From the IMG/VR virus record IMGVR_UViG_3300017589_000215, positions 1-32,703 of that record: DNA of 32,703 nucleotides. One strand, 5' to 3'. The first letter of the stretch is position 1. Each line of letters starts with the position of its first letter. This document shows, in pieces, positions 25,236 to 32,703 of this stretch. The translations under genes and the position numbers were made by a program. The notes below the pieces were generated by a model. The model was not told the DNA's origin, did no database searches, and saw only the letters and a program-made list of their open reading frames with translations. The DNA comes from a virus. Its lineage: Duplodnaviria; Caudoviricetes.

Positions 25236-25709
25236 TTATAAAATGAATCCTTTGTATGTCTGAGTAAATTGGCTACCGGCGTATTTGGCTAACGCATCGC
25301 TTTTAAAGCAAAGGCGAGAGCCGCTACCCGCGTTCGTAGCCGAGCAGTAGTAATACGTACCGTAGAACGCGAAGACCCCCGAAGAGGACACTTCGAAATA
25401 AGGATAATACTTCTTTTGGTTATGATCTGTCCAGTCAGGAGTCCATCCCTCATTTAATGCCTTGGTAATGGTTTTAATCTTCCGGTAATTGATTTCATCA
25501 GCTGTGAAACCTGAAGTCATTAGCTTGACTTCATTCATTGGCTCCTCACCGTGCTCACGGCAGGCGTCCTCGTATGACTTGACCCGGTCAATGACTGATT
25601 GAGAAAAGAACTCCTTTCCAAAGGTGTCTTCTAAGGTTGTTTTGAACTCAGGAGCGGCATTGTTATAAAGCCTCCTGGCATTGCTTTCATTGATTTGTAA
25701 TGTTTTCAT
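25236..25709 (-). CDS. DGR target protein 2 (157 aa), paralogue of target 1
   Basis: Contains VR2 encoding SSSGVFAFYGTYYYCSATNAGSGSRLC; shares RVK..DA, ALNEGW..DW and RLCFKSD.LA.YAG.QF with target 1. Confidence 0.92.
   Translation of the reverse strand: MKTLQINESNARRLYNNAAPEFKTTLEDTFGKEFFSQSVIDRVKSYEDACREHGEEPMNEVKLMTSGFTADEINYRKIKTITKALNEGWTPDWTDHNQKKYYPYFEVSSSGVFAFYGTYYYCSATNAGSGSRLCFKSDALAKYAGSQFTQTYKGFIL
25307..25390 (-). repeat. DGR variable repeat VR2
   Basis: 73/84 identical to TR; all 11 mismatches at TR adenines. Confidence 0.95.
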
Positions 25710-25719
25710 TTGGTAAGTT

Positions 25720-26157
25720 TTATTTAAGTTTAAGATTGGTCAATCTTGATAATCCAAGTCGCATCCGGATGCGCTCTCGTTTTATTGTTTCATTCCTGGT
25801 TTTATGCACTCTGGCCACAAGATCTCGATCAAACTTCATAAGGGAAGATTGACCTGGTTTAAACCTGGTCATTTCACTATTTGGAACAGACCAGCCCTTA
25901 ACACCGGTGTATTTATTATAGTTATTTGCTACTGCCATCTTTGTTATGGTTTCTCTGTTTTTATCAAGAAAATCAGGTTCTTTTTCTAAATTCAGCTCTC
26001 TGGCCTTGCGGATCAGCGTCCGCATCGATACATTTAACTCTTTTGCTAATTCCCGATTAAAAGTGAAAGAAAATTTCTCTTTAATTATCTCGAGCATTTT
26101 TTCAGACCACAGGATCTTGTACTTCTTTTTCGGCTTAGGAGGTAAATACAGTTCCAT
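25720..26157 (-). CDS. Basic HTH-containing protein
   Basis: NRELAKELNVSMRTLIRKARELNLEK HTH pattern; TRFKPG motif. Confidence 0.65.
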   Translation of the reverse strand: MELYLPPKPKKKYKILWSEKMLEIIKEKFSFTFNRELAKELNVSMRTLIRKARELNLEKEPDFLDKNRETITKMAVANNYNKYTGVKGWSVPNSEMTRFKPGQSSLMKFDRDLVARVHKTRNETIKRERIRMRLGLSRLTNLKLK

Positions 26158-26162
26158 ATTTC

Positions 26163-26513
26163 TCAGATTTTAACAAAGCAATGTCCTTCCTTCAGGAAAA
26201 TGTATATCTCATCCATGTTTGTGTTTTCGGTCAGATATTTTGTTTCAAATCTGCCTGTATAAAAGGATTTGATAATGAACTTTAAACCAAGCTTGGGAAT
26301 ATCAAATGGGACAAGATCTTCTTTCGTGGCCACACGCATACCTGCAGGTAATTCTTTATAGAAATACATACTGCGTTCCTTTGTAATATCATCAATTTTA
26401 AGAAGGATTTTAAACTGAGGACATTTAACGCTATTTCTTCCTTCAGCTGCAGAGATTTCAGCAGCTGAACAGCCTCCATATGCACAATTCGGGCAATAAT
26501 CCTTGTAAGTCAT
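26163..26513 (-). CDS. Hypothetical protein with N-terminal Cys cluster
   Basis: CPNC...C...CPQF; 116 aa. Confidence 0.6.
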   Translation of the reverse strand: MTYKDYCPNCAYGGCSAAEISAAEGRNSVKCPQFKILLKIDDITKERSMYFYKELPAGMRVATKEDLVPFDIPKLGLKFIIKSFYTGRFETKYLTENTNMDEIYIFLKEGHCFVKI

Positions 26514-26515
26514 TT

Positions 26516-26992
26516 CTATAGTATTGAGTATTGAACCTGATAATTATGAGATTTAATTATTTTCTTCAACTGCGAGGAACCGGTAATTAGTCCTTCCTGG
26601 TCTGGCCTTATTGAAATTGTCCGCGATTTTGTATCAACAGGAATCTCCTTTTCTCTCAGCCGAAAATGGAGGTTATACTTTTGCTTTCTTGGCTTCCAGC
26701 TTTCTTTGAATTTTGTAGCTTGTTCCACTGCTTTAGTGTATTTCGCTCTAAAATCCTTATCTGTATCAATCGAATCATTTGCAACTCTATATGAATGACT
26801 TGATGTGTTATGGGATTTTTTATTGTAGATTTTACTCAATCTTGTAAAAGATAACCTGAGTAAATCGCGATTAATTTTTATTGCTGCAGCTCTGGCCAGA
26901 ATGATATGTTTCTCATGACTTGCACTGTGAATCAGCTGAACTTTTATCTTAAAATTCCTTGCAACTAACCTATCGACATCGTGGTAATTCAT
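26516..26992 (-). CDS. DnaA C-terminal (domain IV)-like HTH protein
   Basis: VARNFKI...I.SASHEKHIILARAAA...LSFTRLSKIYNKKSHNTSSHS parallels the DnaA_C pattern but is degenerate. Confidence 0.6.
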   Translation of the reverse strand: MNYHDVDRLVARNFKIKVQLIHSASHEKHIILARAAAIKINRDLLRLSFTRLSKIYNKKSHNTSSHSYRVANDSIDTDKDFRAKYTKAVEQATKFKESWKPRKQKYNLHFRLREKEIPVDTKSRTISIRPDQEGLITGSSQLKKIIKSHNYQVQYSIL

Positions 26993-27002
26993 TTGACTTA
27001 TT

Positions 27003-27281
27003 TTAGATGGTGATAAATTGAGGAGAATGAGCGATTAATTTTGATTTTGTATTGACCGGGCCAATTCCAATTTTTCGGCAAACTCCGCCAAAATTGCTCA
27101 CTGAATCATTGAGAATTATGTCATGTTTTGGTGACCCTGTTATGTCTGTTAAATTCCAGCAATCATCATAGACGTTCCACCGAAGATCTCCTTCGATTAT
27201 CTTTCCTGAGGTGATTAATTCATATCCTTCAGGAAGCGTCTCTATTTGTCTGATTATTCTATCCTCTGTTTTAAGAAACAT
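27003..27281 (-). CDS. Hypothetical protein
   Basis: 92-aa ORF in the early operon. Confidence 0.6.
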   Translation of the reverse strand: MFLKTEDRIIRQIETLPEGYELITSGKIIEGDLRWNVYDDCWNLTDITGSPKHDIILNDSVSNFGGVCRKIGIGPVNTKSKLIAHSPQFITI

Positions 27282-27293
27282 AAGCTTAATTCA

Positions 27294-30200
27294 TTAAAAT
27301 GGTTCGTCATCATCGTCAACCGGTTGAATTGTTACAACCTCAATCTGCTTAGTACTTACTTCTGTCTTATTAGCTCCTGGGGAAGCATCAATATAAAAGC
27401 ACTCAGCTGTGGTACCTTCAACTTTCCTGATTATTCGCCTGCAGTCTTCAGGGCCCGTGCATAAAGGGTCCGGGTTTAACTTGTAACCATAGTAATCGCA
27501 CCAGGCTGATACTTGATTTTTGAATTTACTTGCCCGGTAATCATTCTGCTGCTTTTTACTCAGTCCCTTACAAAAATTCTGAAAAGCATGGTCCTTAACA
27601 ATGAATGTGTTCCAGTAGCCATGATCTTCAGGTGATGTCTCCGGCTTTTTACCTTCACCTGACCATGGAATGAAATAGCCATTTGCCCATTTAAAAAAGT
27701 CTTCATCTTTACCCAATCCTGCTGACATAGCTCTTCTAGCTTGCCTTTTTTCCAGGTTGGCCATAGGAGGTTGAATTTTATGAAACCGCATCTGCAGTTG
27801 TATGCAATAAGCAATGAAATTGTAAAACTTTATCCATTCCTCATCAGTGAAATCATCATATAACCGCCTTTCATATTTTGTTAATGGTGACCTTGTTTCA
27901 GCATAATCGTTCAGTTTGGTTTTTTCGTGATAATAGTCACTCACAGAGGCATTAAGGATTCTACGATATGTAGATGAGTCTACACTCATCAGCTCATAAT
28001 TGGTAGAAATAAGCATCTTTCCTGAGTCCTCGTAAGGAAGTACTATTGAGGAATAATTTTTAGGATTTACTTCTCTAGGACCTGTGATTTGGGTATAAAA
28101 AAATCCAAAATCGGCGTATTCCCATAGGTCATCAATCTCAATAAAATCATGGAACTCTGTTAAACCGTCATAGAAGAACTTGAACACATCCTTATCTGAA
28201 AGCGATCTTCCGCCCTTATAAAAACTTGCCCTGACATATCTGATCGCTGCACTAAGGAGGCTTTTTCCGGAACCTCCGGATGCATTTCCAACTTCAGAGA
28301 CTTTATTATCCTGCAATAAGGTTAACCAGGCTTTTGCAGGGTCTTTATATTGAGCACAATGGTATCCAATAACAAAACAAAGGTTTGCAAATGCTAAATT
28401 CTGTTCCTTAATTTCATCCTCTGTTAAAGGTTGCTTTCTAATTTTCTTATCCTCTGCAGATAGTTTCTTCCATTCTAATTCTTTCTTCCAGTGCAGTCTC
28501 GAGAGGTCCCATAAAAAATTGGTGAAGAAGAAGTCAGAATTGATTTTTACTTCGTACTTATCAATGTCGGCAAATTGCGCCTCTTCATGCTGTAAAGCGA
28601 TTCTTTCTTCTTCAGTAGCTGCATTGGCAATTTTATCTAGTAATTCCTGATATTCACTGTTGGCATTAATTTCTACCGGTTGTTCCTTGATTAGTCTGAA
28701 GTCTTTATCTATAAGGTGAGATACTTTTTTATTGTTGACAACCAGATTTTTCAGAATGTAATTAGGGAGATCGACTTGTTTAACGGTCTCAATTTTGTTT
28801 TTTTGGATACGAACAGAGATATTATTGAAATGTAGATATTCAGTGAATCGATCATAATTCTTGAAGTTTAGTTCAATTTCCTCGATCGTGTCCATATTTG
28901 CCTCAGAGATCTGATTACTTGCGTTAAGCTTATTCAAAATAGCCTTAGCATCCATCAGCTTCTTGCTCCGGATCCACTCCTTTGTGAATCTTTTAATGAT
29001 CCTTTTTATATCTGCAGGGTGAATTAATTCTACGGCTTTACCTGTGATTTTTACGTAACAGTATGTTGCGTTCTTGTAATAGCCCGTTTCCATCTGGTAA
29101 AAGCCATTGGCCTTCAGGAAGAAGTAAAAATCTTCAAGATTAATGTTATAGGTTTCCTTCTTTTTTTCCTTTTCATCGACTGTTTTTGACCAGAATTTTA
29201 CTCTTAAAGCTGCGTTTTTTAGTACCAGGAATTCATACTGGGTTGATTTCTTACCGTCACCGGCAAGGTTTATAAAGTCTTTTAAGTCTTTACATGGATT
29301 GTTTCTCCAGTCTCGTTTACTTTTAAGCCAGGAAGGAAGTTCAATTGTATATTGATCAATATGCTTCAGAGCGTTCTTCATAGCTTCACGCTGACCGGTT
29401 GCATCGAGATCCATAATTTGATAGTGGTTTTCACACAGATCATTGACCTCTTTATACATTTGCCAGGTGAAATCCTTTGATTCAGAATTTAACCAGTAGG
29501 GATGGAATCCAATAGAATATAGATTCATAGCATCACTTTCACCAGAGCATCTGAAGATATCTCTAACCCTTGCTTCAGGTTTCTCTCTTGGAAGATTAAG
29601 CTGTTCTAATTCTTCATCAGCAAATTCATTCTTAGCATCAATTATTTGCTGAAGGCCGTAGATAAAGTCTTTTGGTTTATTGCCGACGTATTGAAATCTG
29701 TACTTTTTATCAGTTTCGTGAGGTTTATACAGCTTTTGAAAGTCACCGTAATCAAATAAAAAGATGGGAAAGTCTTTGGTTGATTGAAAGATGTGAACTA
29801 TGTCTCTGTTTTCCTTTTTTGAGGTTCCACAGAACTCATACTTATCGACTACCCTGCAGTTAAAATGAGCCAGTACCTCTTCGTCAACATATCTTCCTAT
29901 TGAAGCAAGATCTTCAGACGAGGGTTTTTCTTTAAACGTAAAGTAGTATTTCCCTTTCTGATCAGCAGGTGTCATTTCCCTCCAGCTATACTCAGGTGCC
30001 CATTTTATTGGCTTGAAACTACTGGCTTCCGTTCTTTGATTAAGTATAATTTCTTCAATGAATAAGAGTGCATCATAGAAGGTTAATTTCTCACGGTACA
30101 TCACATATGCAATGCCTGTTAAACCATTTACTGCAGGATTACCAAAATCAGTAATTCTCCACAAGCCATCATGCCAGGATATATGTGCTGATGCGGATTT

Positions 30201-30326
30201 TTCATCCTCACGTTCCTTAAAAAAGGTTTTACTCGACTTTAGATCGACATTTGGGAAGTAGTGTTCAAATATCCTTAATCCACTATCAGTAGCCGAGTTT
30301 ATTTTATCCTGATCAATATATCTCAC
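27294..30326 (-). CDS. Primase-helicase replication protein
   Basis: 1010 aa; N-terminal degenerate zinc-finger-like region (REDEKSASA...ITDFG), Toprim-like CSGESDA and MDLDATG, C-terminal P-loop GGSGKS and IEIDD. Confidence 0.8.
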   Translation of the reverse strand: MRYIDQDKINSATDSGLRIFEHYFPNVDLKSSKTFFKEREDEKSASAHISWHDGLWRITDFGNPAVNGLTGIAYVMYREKLTFYDALLFIEEIILNQRTEASSFKPIKWAPEYSWREMTPADQKGKYYFTFKEKPSSEDLASIGRYVDEEVLAHFNCRVVDKYEFCGTSKKENRDIVHIFQSTKDFPIFLFDYGDFQKLYKPHETDKKYRFQYVGNKPKDFIYGLQQIIDAKNEFADEELEQLNLPREKPEARVRDIFRCSGESDAMNLYSIGFHPYWLNSESKDFTWQMYKEVNDLCENHYQIMDLDATGQREAMKNALKHIDQYTIELPSWLKSKRDWRNNPCKDLKDFINLAGDGKKSTQYEFLVLKNAALRVKFWSKTVDEKEKKKETYNINLEDFYFFLKANGFYQMETGYYKNATYCYVKITGKAVELIHPADIKRIIKRFTKEWIRSKKLMDAKAILNKLNASNQISEANMDTIEEIELNFKNYDRFTEYLHFNNISVRIQKNKIETVKQVDLPNYILKNLVVNNKKVSHLIDKDFRLIKEQPVEINANSEYQELLDKIANAATEEERIALQHEEAQFADIDKYEVKINSDFFFTNFLWDLSRLHWKKELEWKKLSAEDKKIRKQPLTEDEIKEQNLAFANLCFVIGYHCAQYKDPAKAWLTLLQDNKVSEVGNASGGSGKSLLSAAIRYVRASFYKGGRSLSDKDVFKFFYDGLTEFHDFIEIDDLWEYADFGFFYTQITGPREVNPKNYSSIVLPYEDSGKMLISTNYELMSVDSSTYRRILNASVSDYYHEKTKLNDYAETRSPLTKYERRLYDDFTDEEWIKFYNFIAYCIQLQMRFHKIQPPMANLEKRQARRAMSAGLGKDEDFFKWANGYFIPWSGEGKKPETSPEDHGYWNTFIVKDHAFQNFCKGLSKKQQNDYRASKFKNQVSAWCDYYGYKLNPDPLCTGPEDCRRIIRKVEGTTAECFYIDASPGANKTEVSTKQIEVVTIQPVDDDDEPF

Positions 30327-30340
30327 TTAAAGTCCGGGGG

Positions 30341-30547
30341 TTAATAGGTTAACTTCAATTCTCCTTTTGATTTCGAATAATAAGGATCCATTCTTAGTCT
30401 GGTTCTTATAGCGTTCAGTTTATCAAATGGGCCACTCTCTATGATTTCTTCTTTTCCTATCTTCGGTATCCACCTGAGGTTTCCATACCGAATTCTTTTT
30501 TCAATCTGGACCATGGTATACTTATTTAAGATTTGAGATAACTTCAT
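30341..30547 (-). CDS. Hypothetical protein
   Basis: 68-aa ORF in the early operon. Confidence 0.55.
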   Translation of the reverse strand: MKLSQILNKYTMVQIEKRIRYGNLRWIPKIGKEEIIESGPFDKLNAIRTRLRMDPYYSKSKGELKLTY

Positions 30548-30716
30548 TACAGTGATTTGCCAATTCTTCTATTTCACTTATTCTTGCCTTAAGAAATTGC
30601 TGTTTTTGCTCATCATTTTCTTGAGCTAATTGCAATTGAATTGCGTAAGCGTTTGCTTCCAATGATTCAAGCACCAATTCTATCATTGGTATACTTGCAA
30701 TTATTAATTGTCTCAT
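30522..30716 (-). CDS. Hypothetical coiled-coil protein
   Basis: 64-aa ORF in the early operon. Confidence 0.55.
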   Translation of the reverse strand: MRQLIIASIPMIELVLESLEANAYAIQLQLAQENDEQKQQFLKARISEIEELANHCNEVISNLK

Positions 30717-30717
30717 C

Positions 30718-30885
30718 TTACAGAGGTGTTACATCATGGATGATGTAATTTACATCTGGCTTTAGGAGGGCTTTGAGTTGCTGTTCTGCCTGCTCTGATG
30801 TTATTGCAGTAAAGTCGGCACTATTCGGATATTCCTCGCCATTTACTAGTATGGCATACCTGATTCTAAACTTTCTTAATTCCAT
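30718..30885 (-). CDS. Small hypothetical protein (55 aa)
   Basis: Hand translation MELRKFRIRYAILVNGEEYPNSADFTAITSEQAEQQLKALLKPDVNYIIHDVTPL; stop lies 1 nt before the next ATG. Confidence 0.6.
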   Translation of the reverse strand: MELRKFRIRYAILVNGEEYPNSADFTAITSEQAEQQLKALLKPDVNYIIHDVTPL

Positions 30886-30916
30886 TGGTTGTTTGGTTTT
30901 AGCGTGGGGACACTGG

Positions 30917-31450
30917 TTAAAACAATTTGTTATTATGAACGTAGGTAATTAGTAACCTATCAGGATGTTGAGTTCCTGATAAGCCAAGCTTTGAGTAAAT
31001 GTTCGTTATATGATTATGCACTGTGGCCTTAGAAATAAATAACTGGTCAGCGATACTTGATTCATCAAAGCCATGGGCGAAAAGTTTTACAACTTGAAGC
31101 TCCCTATTAGATAGATCACTATCATAGTGACAATATCCAAGAACACAACGATGGCGACATGGGCAGGGAACTTTTTCTGTAATCAGGATGTCTTCGTTTA
31201 TATCTGGTCGACCATCATGAGTTGAGAAATTACAAGCTGAAAAATTGTAAACTCTCTCATAAGAGTATTGAGGTCCGTAACCGTAAGCTTCACAGAGATT
31301 CTTGTAAATTCCTGGTCGGCTATTGGCTATTGCTGCATCTAGTCTTTGTAATTGGCTATAGTCGACCTCATCAAGCCTTTTGACTTCTGATTTTTCCAGG
31401 TCTTCTACCATGAGCATAGTGAAGGATTGATTCCAATAAATCTCAAGCAT
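30917..31450 (-). CDS. LuxR-type HTH regulator with a Cys-rich linker
   Basis: LSNRELQVVKLFAHG...IADQLFISKATVHNHITNIYSKLG; preceded by CPCRHRC...C. Confidence 0.88.
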   Translation of the reverse strand: MLEIYWNQSFTMLMVEDLEKSEVKRLDEVDYSQLQRLDAAIANSRPGIYKNLCEAYGYGPQYSYERVYNFSACNFSTHDGRPDINEDILITEKVPCPCRHRCVLGYCHYDSDLSNRELQVVKLFAHGFDESSIADQLFISKATVHNHITNIYSKLGLSGTQHPDRLLITYVHNNKLF

Positions 31451-31721
31451 GATTGTAGGATTTTATAAGAAGGTTGATGTTTTCCTTTGGAATACCTAAA
31501 ATTTCTGACAAAGTATTTACGACATGTTCGTGGTAAACCTCATCAATTTTTTGTCGCTCAATGGTTGACCAGGTGTCATCCTTAAGCTTATTATAGAATG
31601 TAGGTAAAGAAATTTCGAGAACTTCAATTATCCGGTCCCTCAGTAAAATCCGAAGAGTACCGCTATATTCATAATAGGCTAAAAAGCTCATTTTCAAACT
31701 ATTTCTCTTTTCCTCTTGCAT
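31443..31721 (-). CDS. Cro-like small DNA-binding protein
   Basis: First gene of the leftward operon; IIEVLEISLPTFYNKL HTH-like segment; divergent from the repressor. Confidence 0.6.
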   Translation of the reverse strand: MQEEKRNSLKMSFLAYYEYSGTLRILLRDRIIEVLEISLPTFYNKLKDDTWSTIERQKIDEVYHEHVVNTLSEILGIPKENINLLIKSYNHA

Positions 31722-31752
31722 TTTCTTTATTTTTATTCTAATTTTTAGAACG

Positions 31753-31815
31753 CAAATATAGGTAATAACGGATGAAAAGCAAGAAAAAACGGAAGAAAAA
31801 ATCGAAAAAACGGAA
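31753..31815. promoter_or_regulatory. Lysis/lysogeny switch region
   Basis: Leftward -7 box TATATTTG (31753-31760); direct repeat GAAAAAACGGAA at 31783 and 31804. Confidence 0.6.
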
Positions 31816-31865
31816 ATAAGATTGGATAAATCGGCAGCACTAATTTATGAACATATCATAATAAT

Positions 31866-32210
31866 ATGGACTACAGTAAGATACGTGTATTAATGATGCA
31901 AAGGAATTTGTCGGTAAATAAACTTGCAAAAACACTCGGCTTATCTCCTTCAGGATTTTCAGATACACTTAATAAACAGACTATGAATGTTGAAGTACTT
32001 GAACAGATAAGCAAACTGTTTGAAGTACCGGTATCTTTCTTTTTTGAAGAGGGTACTATTGTAAAAAAGAAGCCATGCCAAGATTGCATTAAATACATGG
32101 CCAATAATGAATTACTAAGACAACTTTTAAGCGAACGAGATAAGGAGATAAGGGAATTGTACAAAGAATTGGGGCGAAATTTGGGAACTAAGGGAAAAGA
32201 AAGTGCCTAA
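31866..32210 (+). CDS. XRE-family HTH repressor (CI-like, no peptidase domain)
   Basis: LSVNKLAKTLGLSPSGFS...LEQISKLFEVPVSFFF; C-terminal coiled coil. Confidence 0.85.
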   Translation: MDYSKIRVLMMQRNLSVNKLAKTLGLSPSGFSDTLNKQTMNVEVLEQISKLFEVPVSFFFEEGTIVKKKPCQDCIKYMANNELLRQLLSERDKEIRELYKELGRNLGTKGKESA

Positions 32211-32259
32211 AATGTGGTTGTCTTATTCCAACCGAGATAATCTATAGAAACTATATATC

Positions 32260-32649
32260 ATGAAGATGATAATTGAACTTTTTGAAGCTTTTGATTTCAA
32301 GTTGACTGATCACTTAAAAACTGCTTGCTCTTTTAATAAGGATTCAATGGTAATTACAATTATCTCTAATAAGATAGTTATTGATGATAGTGTTCGAATC
32401 CTGAAAGTTCCCTTTAGTGATGCCAATGTTATTTCCGCAATTGCTTATGCATTAACGCCATTAACTTTTCATAATTCTCTATTAGATATTGAAAAGCCTA
32501 ATTTTTTAACTGAGTTATTCGATAGAAAGCCCATGAATAGAATAGAGATGATCTTTACTGATAAGGCTCTTGAAGTCTTTATAAAGTATCAATTGATCAG
32601 ACAGAGGGCAAGTGATGGAGACAATAACAGACAGAATAGACAAATGTAA
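32260..32649 (+). CDS. Hypothetical protein downstream of the repressor
   Basis: 129-aa AT-rich ORF. Confidence 0.6.
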   Translation: MKMIIELFEAFDFKLTDHLKTACSFNKDSMVITIISNKIVIDDSVRILKVPFSDANVISAIAYALTPLTFHNSLLDIEKPNFLTELFDRKPMNRIEMIFTDKALEVFIKYQLIRQRASDGDNNRQNRQM

Positions 32650-32687
32650 TTACTTGATAGATAGATTATTATTATTACAAATCAGTT

Positions 32688-32703
32688 TCCCCTACGCTCC
32701 ACA
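32688..32703 (+). other. Possible att core (tmRNA/tRNA-Ala 3'-end fragment)
   Basis: TCCCCTACGCTCCACA resembles an Ala-type acceptor 3' strand but lacks the upstream GTTCGA T-loop. Confidence 0.45.

Larger units (their letters stand above)
1..32703 (-). mobile_element. Temperate tailed prophage of a Bacteroidota host; continues beyond the left edge
   Basis: Contiguous terminase, portal, S49 protease, capsid, tape measure, primase-helicase, antirepressor and repressor/Cro-like genes; Bacteroidota-type -7 boxes. Confidence 0.95.

Noticed and set aside
24705-25390. Three 84-bp repeats as a CRISPR array or simple duplication
   Set aside because: Two copies are in-frame coding, spacing is irregular, no cas genes are present, and mismatches are confined to TR adenines.

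Overview
The window is most of a temperate tailed (siphovirus-like) prophage of a Bacteroidota host, inferred from TAnnTTTG-type promoters and gene families. Nearly all genes are on the minus strand. From right to left: a possible att core resembling a tmRNA/tRNA-Ala 3' end (~32688-32703); a divergent repressor/Cro-like switch; a LuxR-type regulator; a 1010-aa primase-helicase; small early genes; a diversity-generating retroelement (DGR); an iteron-like array of 14 GTTACA/TGTAAC copies; head genes (S49 protease, major capsid); an HKD nuclease and terminase; an accessory island (ArdC-N and SymE-like genes on the + strand, membrane morons, a P22-type antirepressor behind a structured leader); portal, neck and tail genes, the tape measure gene, and a tail gene cut by the window edge. 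The highlight is the DGR. Its 84-nt template repeat (24705-24788) differs from each of two variable repeats (24892-24975, 25307-25390) at 11 positions, all template adenines. The targets are two small tandem paralogues with no signal peptide, sitting in the early region rather than among tail genes. No avd is recognisable; a 105-aa, apparently beta-rich ORF overlaps the RT stop instead. A late-promoter-like motif, GTCCTTT-N20-TAnnnTTG, occurs four times with exact spacing. No integrase or lysis genes were seen. All family calls are from motif recognition by eye, not database searches.
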